A DNA stretch of 64,000 nt from Clostridia bacterium. Lineage in GTDB: Bacteria; Bacillota; Clostridia; Oscillospirales; CAG-272. Under the pieces are notes generated by a model that ran no database searches, was not told the origin of the DNA, and saw only the letters and a program-made list of their open reading frames with translations. Positions 1 through 9,327 of this stretch are shown here, in pieces. Numbering within the stretch: position 1 is the stretch's first letter; each line of letters opens with the position of its first letter. The stretch lies in assembly GCA_017625755.1 (NCBI GenBank), contig JAGAKG010000041.1:65709-129708 (forward strand), written 5' to 3'. Both the position numbers and the translations under genes were made by a program.

Positions 1-853
1 AAAGGCTCTCGGCTATGGTATCAGCGGAGATACGCGCTACGAGTGTATGTTCATAATGTACGGCGCAACCACCCGTAACGGAAAAGGCACCTTGTGCGAA
101 AGCGTTCTGAAGGTTCTCGGCAATTATGGTTGTACCGCAAGACCGGAAACTTTAAGTATCAACGCCAACAGCAACAGCCAGACCCCGAGCGAAGATATCG
201 CAAGGCTTGCAGGGGTACGCTTTGCCAACATTTCCGAGCCTGGTAAGGGACTCCTTCTTAACGGAGCAAAGGTCAAAAATATGACGGGCAATGATACCAT
301 CAACGCTCGTTTCCTTCACGAAAACAGCTTTGACTTCACTCCACAATTCAAGCTCTACATCAATACCAACTACCTTCCCGTCATCAATGATATGACTCTT
401 TTCAGCAGCGGGCGTGTAGTCATTATTCCTTTTGAAAGGCACTTTGAAGAAGCCGAGCAGGACAAGACTTTGAAAACGGAATTCTCAAAACCGGAAGTTC
501 AAAGCGCAATCCTCAATTGGCTTGTAGACGGCTATCGTATGCTGACGAAAGAAGGATTGTCGCAACCGCAAGCGGTCAAGGAAGCAACCGCTTCTTACGA
601 ACACGAAAGTGATAAGATTGCTATGTTTGCCGAGGACAATCTTATTGAGGATAAACGCTCCGAGGTTCGTACCGCCGAAGTCTACAGCCGATACAAGGAG
701 TGGTGTATGGACAACGGACACCGTGCTGAAAGCATGAAGAACTTCAAGCAAGGACTTATGACGCAAGGCTCGGTTGTCCGCAAGCGACCGAGGGGCGGTG
801 GTAGCGAAACCACAATGCTCATCGGTTTCAAACTCGTCAGCGACTTCCTTTAA
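1..853 (+). CDS. P4-family primase / D5-like NTPase, C-terminal part (5' end cut by window edge)
   Basis: Frame 2 is open from the window edge. P-loop-like YGATTRNGKGT, then the conserved block NISEPGKG...GNDTINARFLHENSFDFTPQFKLYINTNYLP typical of phage/plasmid primase C-terminal domains. Basic DNA-binding-like tail. Confidence 0.7.
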   Translation, partial: KALGYGISGDTRYECMFIMYGATTRNGKGTLCESVLKVLGNYGCTARPETLSINANSNSQTPSEDIARLAGVRFANISEPGKGLLLNGAKVKNMTGNDTINARFLHENSFDFTPQFKLYINTNYLPVINDMTLFSSGRVVIIPFERHFEEAEQDKTLKTEFSKPEVQSAILNWLVDGYRMLTKEGLSQPQAVKEATASYEHESDKIAMFAEDNLIEDKRSEVRTAEVYSRYKEWCMDNGHRAESMKNFKQGLMTQGSVVRKRPRGGGSETTMLIGFKLVSDFL

Positions 854-858
854 CACAA

Positions 859-947
859 TGTCGCAACTTGTCGCAGGTTCTATAGGTTGTTTTGAAAAAA
901 CGCTCTTTTATAGAAATGACATATTTTACTTGCGACAATCTGCGACA
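859..947. repeat. Iteron-like array: TGTCGCA at 859-865 and 869-875, inverted copies TGCGACA at 931-937 and 941-947, AT-rich spacer between
   Basis: Read directly. Each pair has 10-bp phasing, the two pairs are in inverted orientation, and the array lies immediately 3' of the primase gene. Confidence 0.6.
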
Positions 948-1102
948 GACGTCTTTTACAAGACAATTGTGACCTAAGGGGCGGGTCAAATCTGCGGGCA
1001 CAAAATAGTGTCCAACGGGTGGGCAGCCCCGCGTACAAAAAGAAATATTCAAAGGGGGTATTACCCCTAAAAACAAACAAATCAAAAATTGGAGGATTTT
1101 CT

Positions 1103-1384
1103 ATGAAATTTAAGCCTGTTTACAACAAAAAATTCCGTGTTACCGCATCTGACAGAGATGCATTCTCGACCAAGGACTATACCTGTATGTTTATTCTGCA
1201 GACTATGAAGGGACAGCCCGTAGCGGTTTCCGTGTGCAACGATCTTGATTGCCACATTTGGAGGGTGCAGTACGGCTTCTCCACTGTCTACTTTGGTGAG
1301 TATGCCGAAGCGATGAATTTTTGCCGTGAGCATTTCTGCGACCTTACCGGAAACAAGCTGAAGAAGGCAAAGGAGAGAAAATAA
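1103..1384 (+). CDS. hypothetical protein
   Basis: ATG 6 nt after GGAGG. Tightly packed with the following ORFs. Confidence 0.5.
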   Translation: MKFKPVYNKKFRVTASDRDAFSTKDYTCMFILQTMKGQPVAVSVCNDLDCHIWRVQYGFSTVYFGEYAEAMNFCREHFCDLTGNKLKKAKERK

Positions 1385-1674
1385 TGTTTCGGCTCTCAAA
1401 TTATCTTCAGAAGCATTTGAGAGGTCATATCGATTTCGATACATTCGTGCTGATCGCTGTTATCCCTCGCAAAAAGAAGGATGCCGTGGTTCTCTTGGCA
1501 CCGAAGTATGAAACCGAATACACCTATTTCGCACTTCAAAACGGCAAAAATTACACGTATCATTCTTGCCTCGACACCCTGCTGACGGCAGCACATAAAT
1601 GCGGTATCAGCCGTTTCAAGCTGTGGCGTTGTCGCAAACGCTATGAACATTTCAAAAGGAGTGGACGCATATGA
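1384..1674 (+). CDS. hypothetical protein
   Basis: ATGA-type start/stop overlap with the preceding ORF. Same-strand operon packing. Confidence 0.45.
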   Translation: MFRLSNYLQKHLRGHIDFDTFVLIAVIPRKKKDAVVLLAPKYETEYTYFALQNGKNYTYHSCLDTLLTAAHKCGISRFKLWRCRKRYEHFKRSGRI

Positions 1675-1952
1675 AAAGATATTACCCGCTCATTGATATG
1701 GACACAACCGGGACGATAAAGGTACCGATGTTTCCTGCCAATGACTACAAAAAAGCATTACGGAGAAGCAATTTTGCTCTCGGAGAGGTAGCACATAACC
1801 GTTACCGCCTGATTGCCGTGACTCCTCACGCTATGAGAGATTATCTCTCTTATGACATCCGTTGTCCCAAGTGCGGTATGACAATGGATGTAACCGAACC
1901 GCACGAAGGCAAGTATGTTCTTGCAGAGTATACTTGCGAAAACTGTCAATAA
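1671..1952 (+). CDS. hypothetical protein with CxxC...CxxC zinc-ribbon-like C-terminus
   Basis: Overlapping start with the preceding ORF. CPKCG ... CENC near the C-terminus. Confidence 0.45.
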   Translation: MKRYYPLIDMDTTGTIKVPMFPANDYKKALRRSNFALGEVAHNRYRLIAVTPHAMRDYLSYDIRCPKCGMTMDVTEPHEGKYVLAEYTCENCQ

Positions 1953-1971
1953 ATTTTGGAGGTATAAAACT

Positions 1972-2907
1972 ATGACTATTGACGCTATTAAAGAAAGAGA
2001 TTACGCCGTGGCTATGCCCGAATACGATTATGCATTTTGGAATGCTGTTAAGCGCAAGCCCCACAATGCAAAGGAACTGCAAAAGGGTTCTGCGAAAGAA
2101 GGAAGATATCTTCCGTTGCAAGCAAATTCCAAGATGACCGCAGCCCTCAAAAAAGAAAGCGTGTTCCGCTCCCTTGCTACCATTGCTTATATGAGAGAAC
2201 CTTCTGGCATTGTTCTTGCAAAGCATTGTGCTGCGGAAAGCTGTTGGACTTACGAGGACGGAATGTATACCTTTGGTCAGAACGAGGGAGAATTCACCGA
2301 TTACAACATTAAAGCTCACAAGCTCGGAACGCTCCTCAAATATGATGAGGCATTTATGGTAGATGTCGGTCTTAATATGGAAAACCACCTGATTGACAAC
2401 ATTGCCAAGAGCTTCGGTGCTATGGAAGATGCTGCCTACGTTAACGGCAAGGGTGATATTCAGCCTACCGGAATTCTCCATAATACTCGCGGAGCACAGG
2501 TCGGCACAACCACCGCGGCTCTTACCTATGAGGACGTGGTCAAGCTCTACTTCTCGGTCAAACCCGAATACCGCAAGAGAGGCGTATGGATGATGAACGA
2601 CGAGACCGCATACTATCTCCGCACCATCAAGGACGAAGGTGGTAACTACATTTGGAATCACGCCAACGATACCATCCTCGGCAAGCGTGTATACATCTGC
2701 AACGATATGCCGAGCATCGGTCCCGGTAACAAGCCTATCGCCTTCGGTGACTTCTCCTACTATTGGATTATCATCCGCGATGAGGTTACCGTTAAGGTTC
2801 TCAGTGAGCTTTATTACAATGACGGACAGATCGGCTACATTGCCCGTGAATATCTCGATGCAAAGCTCATCCGCCCCGAGGCAATCAAGGTCATTCAGAT
2901 GAGCTAA
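1972..2907 (+). CDS. HK97-family major capsid protein homolog (orphan; no protease/portal seen nearby)
   Basis: RBS TGGAGG upstream of the ATG at 1972. C-terminal two thirds read like HK97-type MCPs (AYVNGKGDIQPTGIL..., KPIAFGDFSYYWIIIRDEVTVKVLSELYYNDGQIGY...). Confidence 0.7.
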   Translation: MTIDAIKERDYAVAMPEYDYAFWNAVKRKPHNAKELQKGSAKEGRYLPLQANSKMTAALKKESVFRSLATIAYMREPSGIVLAKHCAAESCWTYEDGMYTFGQNEGEFTDYNIKAHKLGTLLKYDEAFMVDVGLNMENHLIDNIAKSFGAMEDAAYVNGKGDIQPTGILHNTRGAQVGTTTAALTYEDVVKLYFSVKPEYRKRGVWMMNDETAYYLRTIKDEGGNYIWNHANDTILGKRVYICNDMPSIGPGNKPIAFGDFSYYWIIIRDEVTVKVLSELYYNDGQIGYIAREYLDAKLIRPEAIKVIQMS

Positions 2908-3081
2908 AAAACACATCACCGCAAGGGTATATATCCCCTGTATGCTCTTGCGGTGACATTGTCATAACCCTAAAATTGATACAAAATATAGGCGCAATCT
3001 TTGTGTACTATATAATCGCAATAACCGTTGCAATTTAAGGGATATAGAGGTAATATGTATGCTACCAAAGGAGGTGAATAT

Positions 3082-4386
3082 ATGGAACGAATCATACGGC
3101 AAGTGCAATTCCCGATGCAATCGCAGCCGAAGGCAAAAAGGGTTGTAGCTTATGCCCGTGTGTCCACGGGAAAGGATGCAATGCTACATTCGCTTTCCGC
3201 ACAAGTCAGCTACTACAGTGAGTTGATTCAAAAGCATAGCGGTTGGCAATATCGCGGAGTATATTCCGATGAGGCTACCACGGGAACAAAAGGTAACCGA
3301 AAAGGCTTTCAGGATATGCTAAAGCAATGCCAAGCCGGAAACATCGACCTCATTATTACAAAGTCGATATCGCGCTTTGCCCGTAATACAGTTACGCTTT
3401 TGCAAACTGTGAGAGAGTTGAAAGAACTCGGCGTTGACGTTTATTTTGAAGAGCAGAACATCCATACGATGAGCGCAGACGGCGAATTGATGATGACCAT
3501 CCTTGCATCCTATGCGCAAGAAGAAAGCCTATCCGCAAGCGAAAATCAAAAATGGCGTGTACGGAAAGCGTTTGAAAACGGAGAGCTTATGAACCTCCGC
3601 ACGATGTTCGGCTATTCCATTTCCAAGGGTAGTGTAACGATACACCCTGAAAACGCAGAAATCGTAAGAGAAATATTCCGCAGGTTCATAGAAGGCGATA
3701 GTATGGGCGGTATTGCTAACAGCCTTAACGAGAGAGGCGTACAAGGTGCTCTGGGTGGTGTTTGGGATGCTCAACGCATACGACAGATACTCTCCAACGA
3801 AAAGTATACCGGAAATGCTCTCCTTCAGAAGCATTACCGAAATAATCACCTTGAAAAGAAGAAAACCAAGAACCAAGGAGAATTGCCTTTATATTATGCA
3901 GAAGGTACTCACGAAGCCATCATCGACCAAGCAACATTCGACCGAGCCGGAGAAAGGCTGCGAGAATTGGAATGCGCAAACTCAAAGCGAAAAAGACCGC
4001 AAAGCTCACCTTTTACAAGCCGTATTCGGTGTGGCATATGCGGTGCGAATTATAAGCATTGTGTGAACCTCGGCAAGCATTTTTGGCAGTGCTCCACCTA
4101 TATGAAAAAAGGTAAGCAATTCTGCCACGCCAAGCGTATACCGGATGAAGTTATACATAAGCTTACGGCAGAGATACTTGGTACGGAAGAATACGATGCG
4201 GATGTGCTTGACAGCCGTATAACGCTTATACAAGCAGAGGAAGACCACACCATAGTTTTCCACACTACCGATGGCAAAGAAATCGTTAAACAATGGGAAT
4301 TGCCCTCTCGATCTGAAAGTTGGACAGCGGAGATGAGAGTGGCGGCAAGCGAAAGAATGAAGAAAGCGAGGAAAAGCAATGGCTAG
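3082..4386 (+). CDS. large serine recombinase (resolvase/invertase N-domain + recombinase + zinc-ribbon)
   Basis: GGAGGTG RBS. VVAYARVSTGKD catalytic-Ser motif, ITKSISRFARN, cysteine pairs CGICG...CSTY...C in the C-terminal half. Confidence 0.85.
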   Translation: MERIIRQVQFPMQSQPKAKRVVAYARVSTGKDAMLHSLSAQVSYYSELIQKHSGWQYRGVYSDEATTGTKGNRKGFQDMLKQCQAGNIDLIITKSISRFARNTVTLLQTVRELKELGVDVYFEEQNIHTMSADGELMMTILASYAQEESLSASENQKWRVRKAFENGELMNLRTMFGYSISKGSVTIHPENAEIVREIFRRFIEGDSMGGIANSLNERGVQGALGGVWDAQRIRQILSNEKYTGNALLQKHYRNNHLEKKKTKNQGELPLYYAEGTHEAIIDQATFDRAGERLRELECANSKRKRPQSSPFTSRIRCGICGANYKHCVNLGKHFWQCSTYMKKGKQFCHAKRIPDEVIHKLTAEILGTEEYDADVLDSRITLIQAEEDHTIVFHTTDGKEIVKQWELPSRSESWTAEMRVAASERMKKARKSNG

Positions 4387-5959
4387 AGCGGTTACGATCA
4401 TACCACCTACGATAAATTCATTAACAAAGATGCCTACCGCCACAGTAAGCAAACGGCGTGTGGCAGGGTATGCTCGTGTGTCGACCGATAGTGACGAGCA
4501 GTTTACCTCTTATGAAGCACAAATCGATTATTACACTCAATTTATAATGCGCCACAGCGATTGGGAGTTCGTAAAGGTATATACGGACGAAGGCATCTCC
4601 GGTACGAACACCAAGCGCAGAGAGGGATTCAATCAAATGATTGCCGATGCCCTCGACGGAAAAATAGATCTTATCGTTACAAAGTCGGTCAGCAGATTCG
4701 CACGAAACACAGTGGACAGCCTTGTGACCGTAAGAAAGCTCAAAGATAAAGGCGTGGAGGTTTTCTTTGAAAAGGAGAATATTTACACGCTCGATAGTAA
4801 GGGGGAGCTTCTCATTACGATTATGTCCTCGCTTGCCCAGGAAGAAAGCCGTTCTATTTCCGAGAATGTAACTTGGGGACAGCGCAAACGCTTTGCAGAC
4901 GGCAAGGTGATGCTTCCGTATAAGCGATTCCTTGGCTACCGAAAAGGCGCAGACGGATTTCCCGAAATAGTTCCCGAAGAAGCCGAAATTGTAAGGCGGA
5001 TTTACCGCCGTTATATGAGCGGACAGACCACTTGTGCCATTGCTGCGGAATTGACAGCTGACGGAATACCCACGCCTGGAGGCAAGGCAACCTGGCAAGC
5101 GAGTACGGTTGAGAGCATTCTTACGAACGAGAAGTACAAGGGGGATGCACTTCTGCAGAAATGTTTCACTACGGATTTCCTTACAAAAAAGAAGAAGGTC
5201 AACGAGGGCGAAGTTCCGCAATACTATGTTGAGCATAGCCACGAAGCTATTATTCCGCCGAACGAGTGGGAGGATGTGCAGACCGAGATACAACGCAGAA
5301 AGCGAATAGGTCGCAAGTATAGCGGAAACGGCATATTTGCTTCTCGCATCGTATGTGCCGAGTGTGGTTCGTTCTTCGGTGCCAAGGTATGGCATTCCAA
5401 CAACGAAAAATACCGCAAAACCATATGGCGGTGCAATCATAAATTCGATGGTGAGCATCGTTGCCAAACGCCGTTTGTGGAAGAAACTACGCTCAAAGAT
5501 AAATTCGTTACGGCGTTTAATACCTTATGGGATACGAGAGCGGAGATAATTGAGAGCCTCCATTTTGCTCAAATGTTACTCACGGATAGCACCGCTATTG
5601 ATACGGAACTTGAAGAATTGAGTGCCGAGCTTGAAATCATCGTGGAACTAACTCGCAAGTGTATCGAAGAGAACTCCACCTTGGCGCAAGATCAGAACGA
5701 ATACACTGCTCGGTACAACGGCTATGTAGAGCGGTACGAAAGTACGCAAGCGAGGATTCAAGAGCTTCAAAAGCAGAGAGCCGAACGGCAAGAAAAGTAC
5801 GATGGCATTGAATCCTTTATCACCACTTTTGCAAGCCAAAACAAGTCATTGACGGAATTTGATGAAGGAATATGGTGTCTGCTCTTGGAGACGGTAACGG
5901 TGCATACAAGTGGCGATTTGGAGTTTCGGTTCAAGGATGGTTCGGTGTTGAAAATATAA
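4379..5959 (+). CDS. large serine recombinase, second tandem copy
   Basis: Overlaps the stop of the previous gene. VAGYARVSTDSDEQ, VTKSVSRFARN, CAECG...CNH...C zinc-ribbon, coiled-coil C-terminus. Confidence 0.85.
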   Translation: MARAVTIIPPTINSLTKMPTATVSKRRVAGYARVSTDSDEQFTSYEAQIDYYTQFIMRHSDWEFVKVYTDEGISGTNTKRREGFNQMIADALDGKIDLIVTKSVSRFARNTVDSLVTVRKLKDKGVEVFFEKENIYTLDSKGELLITIMSSLAQEESRSISENVTWGQRKRFADGKVMLPYKRFLGYRKGADGFPEIVPEEAEIVRRIYRRYMSGQTTCAIAAELTADGIPTPGGKATWQASTVESILTNEKYKGDALLQKCFTTDFLTKKKKVNEGEVPQYYVEHSHEAIIPPNEWEDVQTEIQRRKRIGRKYSGNGIFASRIVCAECGSFFGAKVWHSNNEKYRKTIWRCNHKFDGEHRCQTPFVEETTLKDKFVTAFNTLWDTRAEIIESLHFAQMLLTDSTAIDTELEELSAELEIIVELTRKCIEENSTLAQDQNEYTARYNGYVERYESTQARIQELQKQRAERQEKYDGIESFITTFASQNKSLTEFDEGIWCLLLETVTVHTSGDLEFRFKDGSVLKI

Positions 5960-5982
5960 GCGAAATTATTTACATTTTCGAC

Positions 5983-6011
5983 TTTACATCATGATAAAAA
6001 TATGATATAAT
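5983..6011 (+). promoter_or_regulatory. Sigma-70-type promoter for the R-M operon (TTTACA - 17 nt - TATAAT) overlapped by ATCAT/ATGAT palindromes
   Basis: -35 at 5983-5988, -10 at 6006-6011. Palindromes ATCATGAT (5988-5995) and ATGATATAATCAT (6002-6014). Confidence 0.5.
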
Positions 6012-6039
6012 CATTATAATCGATTTGCGGAGGTTAGAT

Positions 6040-6240
6040 ATGAAAGAGACTACGCTATGCGGTCGTCCGGCAGGAAGAAAGAAGACCGCTAAAATAGAGG
6101 TTCTAATAGAACCAGAAATAAAAGAAGAATTTATGAAAATAGTATCCGAAGAAGGGACCACCGCCTCGGCGGAATTGGGACGTTGGATAAGACAGTATAT
6201 TAAAACTTATCAAGAAGACAAAAAAGGAACAATAGAATGA
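6040..6240 (+). CDS. small ribbon-helix-helix-like protein, putative R-M controller
   Basis: GGAGG RBS. KIEVLIEPEIKEEFMKI (beta-strand then helix pattern). Its stop overlaps the methyltransferase ATG (ATGA). Confidence 0.5.
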   Translation: MKETTLCGRPAGRKKTAKIEVLIEPEIKEEFMKIVSEEGTTASAELGRWIRQYIKTYQEDKKGTIE

Positions 6241-8000
6241 GCAAGCAAATTAAGACCGTAAAATGCCTGAGCCTATTTGCGGGGATCGGTGGCTTTGAGG
6301 TTGGAATGGCTCCAGTTGGTTTTAGGTTTACCAATACGCTAGAGTGGGATGAGAATTGTTGTGTAACTTTAAACACAAACAAGAATTTCACAGGAGCATT
6401 AGAGGACGATATTAAGCCTATAGATATTATGAAAACCGCCCCCGAAGATTTTTCTAGCGAGAGTGTTGATTACATAGTCGGAGGACCTCCTTGTCAGAGT
6501 TTTTCTGCTGCAGGAAGGCGCGCCGGGGGAGTGGCTGGCACAAGTGATACACGAGGCACGCTGTTTTGGTATTACTGTCAGTATGTTAAACACTTTCAGC
6601 CAAAAGCGTTTGTTTTTGAGAATGTTAGAGGTATTTTGTCCTCAAAACAAGGTGATGATTTCAAAATTATATGTGCTTCGTTTGAAGAAGTAGGATACAA
6701 TTTGTTTTGGCGTGTATTAAACGCTGCCGATTACGGAGTTCCACAACAGAGAGAAAGAGTTTTTTTAGTAGGCATTCGTAAGGATTTGAATATTGAATTC
6801 AAGTTTCCTCGTCCTACTCACGGACAAGACTCGCCAGATAAAACACCCTATGTAACCATTAGAGAGGCAATAGCCGATATAACGGATGAAAATGAGGTAG
6901 TTCCTCCTTATGGGGGAAAATATGGACATTTGATTCCTGATATTCCGGTTGGCGAAAACTATAGGTTTTATACGGAAGAAATGGGACATCCACAGCCGTT
7001 ATTTGCTTGGCGTTCCAAGTTCTCAAATTTCCTCTATAAGATGGACCCCGATGATATTTGTAAGACAATTATTGCTTACCAAGGACGGTATGACGGTCCT
7101 TTTCATTGGCACAACCGTAAATGTACAGTAGATGAATTAAAAAGGATGCAAGGCTTCCCTCGGGATTACATCATTCCGCAAACATATGTAGAAGGTGTAA
7201 AACAAGTTGGAAACTCTGTTTGTCCTCCTGTTGCACATCAAATTGGATTAGCTTTGAGATATCAAGTTGAAGGGCTTGAGGAGTATGCTGTTCCGCTTAT
7301 TGATGCTGACGAAGCTCTTAGCTTTGATAAATTAAAAGGTAAACGAGCGAAAAAAACTCGCGAAAAGAAGACAGCAAAAGCGGACACTTCTCAGATATCA
7401 ATGTTTGATGAGATGCCGGAAACAAAATTTCCTGAAGAACACAAGCACAGAATGTTTAAAGGGCATTCGATCACCTGGGATTTCAAGGATGGTGAACTCA
7501 ATGTCTCGATAGACAATAAGGTTGATTCTGCTCAAGTTGGAATTGACTTGCAATTCTTCGGTGGTGTAACAGCTATATTAAAAAGAATAAGGGTAAATTG
7601 CTTCTCTGAATCTATAGACGATTCAACAATAACATTGTTGTGGAATGAGGTACACAGGGCGGTAAGTGAGTATACAACCTATTCCTCGCTTATGCCGTTG
7701 TACGGTCATTTTACCGAACCATATCCAAAGTTTGTAATAAGCTTCCACCATAGTGCATCAAATGACACTTTGGCGTTCCAAGAGATAGCTTTGCAAGACA
7801 AATATAGAACAAAAATTTTAAAATTCAGTGATTTTCCATTGCCGCAAGACAAGTATGAAGAGTACTTTGAAAGAATGAGAATTTGCGGATTTGATGTAAG
7901 AACTAATACTACAAACAGAACCGTTCCGCTAGGTCATTTTAGAATATGTTACCCATTTACATTGCCTAGTGATTGGAAGGATGCAACCCCTTGGGACTAA
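6237..8000 (+). CDS. DNA (cytosine-5)-methyltransferase with ~230-aa C-terminal extension
   Basis: Motif I FAGIGGF, motif IV GGPPCQSFSAAGRR, motif VI ENV, motif VIII QQRERVF, motif X GNSVCPPV. A long unassigned tail follows motif X. Confidence 0.9.
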   Translation: MSKQIKTVKCLSLFAGIGGFEVGMAPVGFRFTNTLEWDENCCVTLNTNKNFTGALEDDIKPIDIMKTAPEDFSSESVDYIVGGPPCQSFSAAGRRAGGVAGTSDTRGTLFWYYCQYVKHFQPKAFVFENVRGILSSKQGDDFKIICASFEEVGYNLFWRVLNAADYGVPQQRERVFLVGIRKDLNIEFKFPRPTHGQDSPDKTPYVTIREAIADITDENEVVPPYGGKYGHLIPDIPVGENYRFYTEEMGHPQPLFAWRSKFSNFLYKMDPDDICKTIIAYQGRYDGPFHWHNRKCTVDELKRMQGFPRDYIIPQTYVEGVKQVGNSVCPPVAHQIGLALRYQVEGLEEYAVPLIDADEALSFDKLKGKRAKKTREKKTAKADTSQISMFDEMPETKFPEEHKHRMFKGHSITWDFKDGELNVSIDNKVDSAQVGIDLQFFGGVTAILKRIRVNCFSESIDDSTITLLWNEVHRAVSEYTTYSSLMPLYGHFTEPYPKFVISFHHSASNDTLAFQEIALQDKYRTKILKFSDFPLPQDKYEEYFERMRICGFDVRTNTTNRTVPLGHFRICYPFTLPSDWKDATPWD

Positions 8001-8042
8001 AACAAAAGGAGTTACGGATGAAACCGTAGCTCCTTAATTTTA

Positions 8043-9158
8043 TCATTTATAGCTTTTAACTGCTTTTAACCAAGCTGCTTTTGTTTCCGGTTTAACAGCT
8101 GGAGCGGTTGCAAGATATTTCGCTGTTAAATTTATCAAGTCTGTTTCCGTGGTGGTTGCAATGGCAAGCTGGTATAATGCATGCAATGACATTATTGATA
8201 TTATTTTTCCGTCCGGTGTTGACAACTGTGGGGATCTCACCATCTCGTTAATAAGAGAACACGTTGCAGAATCTCTGCTTTCCAACACAAATATAAAACC
8301 GCTTAATGATGTGTGGAGATTAATAATTCGCTTTGCTCTTTCTATGTTGTTCCAATCAATATGCTGTGTCTTATCTTTAACTTCAACGGCAATTCTAAAC
8401 GAACCGTCTTTTTCTAAGGTTAAGTCGCCAGGCTTTCTTGCACGTGCATCAGCGGCGGTTTTGAAGTCTTCGATTCCTGTTACAACAAATCCATTTTTGC
8501 TATATAAGAAACTGAGACACGCTGCGGTGACACATTTTGTAAACTCAGGGTCTGGAACCGTGCTTAAAAATCGAAGTAAATCAAAAGATGCTTCTGTTCG
8601 TGTTTGTAATGCCTCGTTTTCAGCAGTGCGCTTTGAACGTATTTGTTTCGCCGTGCAAATAAACCATTTTATCAATTCCAATAGCTGTTCGGATTTTAAA
8701 TCGTTTATTTGATTCAGTATTGAGGCAAACAATTTTAAGTCAAAGACAGTTCTTTGAGCGGTATCAAAATCTTTATTTAAGCGTTTTAAGGTGCGCATTT
8801 TTTCAATTGCTCGACTACCTTGCATACCTGAATTAGGAGAGCAAAAACCTTCACACAAATCATACTTAGCTAAAAGGGGAATGCTTACGCCCTCATCTTC
8901 GGAACGAATGCTGTATCCACCGGGAATGGAGTTTCCATTTTCATCTGCAGCCCAAATTTTACAGCAATCAATGGAGGGATAATAATACTTGTGCCACGCT
9001 GCAGTAAACATAAGACTCGCCGGGGAGACCCAACCATAACTACCCCATTTCCACTTTTTCAAGTCTGCCAAAATTTTTGCAGGAATTTTGCCGGCATCAA
9101 AAGAAGTTGTATCTTTAATTAGTTTGTCTAATTCAGTACGAATTTTCGGTGTACTCAT
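8043..9158 (-). CDS. putative type II restriction endonuclease (PD-ExK)
   Basis: Convergent with and adjacent to the C5-MTase. PGDLTLEKDGSFRIAVEVKDK fits PD...ExK. AT-rich like the MTase gene. Confidence 0.55.
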   Translation of the reverse strand: MSTPKIRTELDKLIKDTTSFDAGKIPAKILADLKKWKWGSYGWVSPASLMFTAAWHKYYYPSIDCCKIWAADENGNSIPGGYSIRSEDEGVSIPLLAKYDLCEGFCSPNSGMQGSRAIEKMRTLKRLNKDFDTAQRTVFDLKLFASILNQINDLKSEQLLELIKWFICTAKQIRSKRTAENEALQTRTEASFDLLRFLSTVPDPEFTKCVTAACLSFLYSKNGFVVTGIEDFKTAADARARKPGDLTLEKDGSFRIAVEVKDKTQHIDWNNIERAKRIINLHTSLSGFIFVLESRDSATCSLINEMVRSPQLSTPDGKIISIMSLHALYQLAIATTTETDLINLTAKYLATAPAVKPETKAAWLKAVKSYK

Positions 9159-9327
9159 ATAACATACCTCCAGAAAATAAAGAGATAATTAATTATATCA
9201 CATTTTCATGAACTTTTCTACCCCTTGCGACAAAAAAACGATTTCAACCGTGATTTTGTTCACAAAATGTTATCTGGACTATCTCCGTGACCTATGGTAT
9301 AGTGTTGTGCTACAAGGAGGTGCGCTT

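Larger units (their letters stand above)
1..5959. mobile_element. Right-hand part of an integrative island (primase, ori-like iterons, capsid homolog, two serine recombinases); left end outside window, right end not mapped
   Basis: Gene content only. No att sites identified. Confidence 0.45.

Noticed and set aside
975-1070. GC-rich segment with possible nested hairpins (GGGGC...GCCCC, GGGGTA-T-TACCCC), considered as a small RNA.
   Set aside because: The pairings are short and imperfect, and I cannot evaluate covariation. There is not enough evidence to call an ncRNA.
2917-2955. 9-bp inverted repeat CACCGCAAG/CTTGCGGTG after the capsid homolog, considered as a terminator or att site.
   Set aside because: The loop is 21 nt, no T-tract follows, and no matching copy exists elsewhere in the window. 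It is left unannotated.
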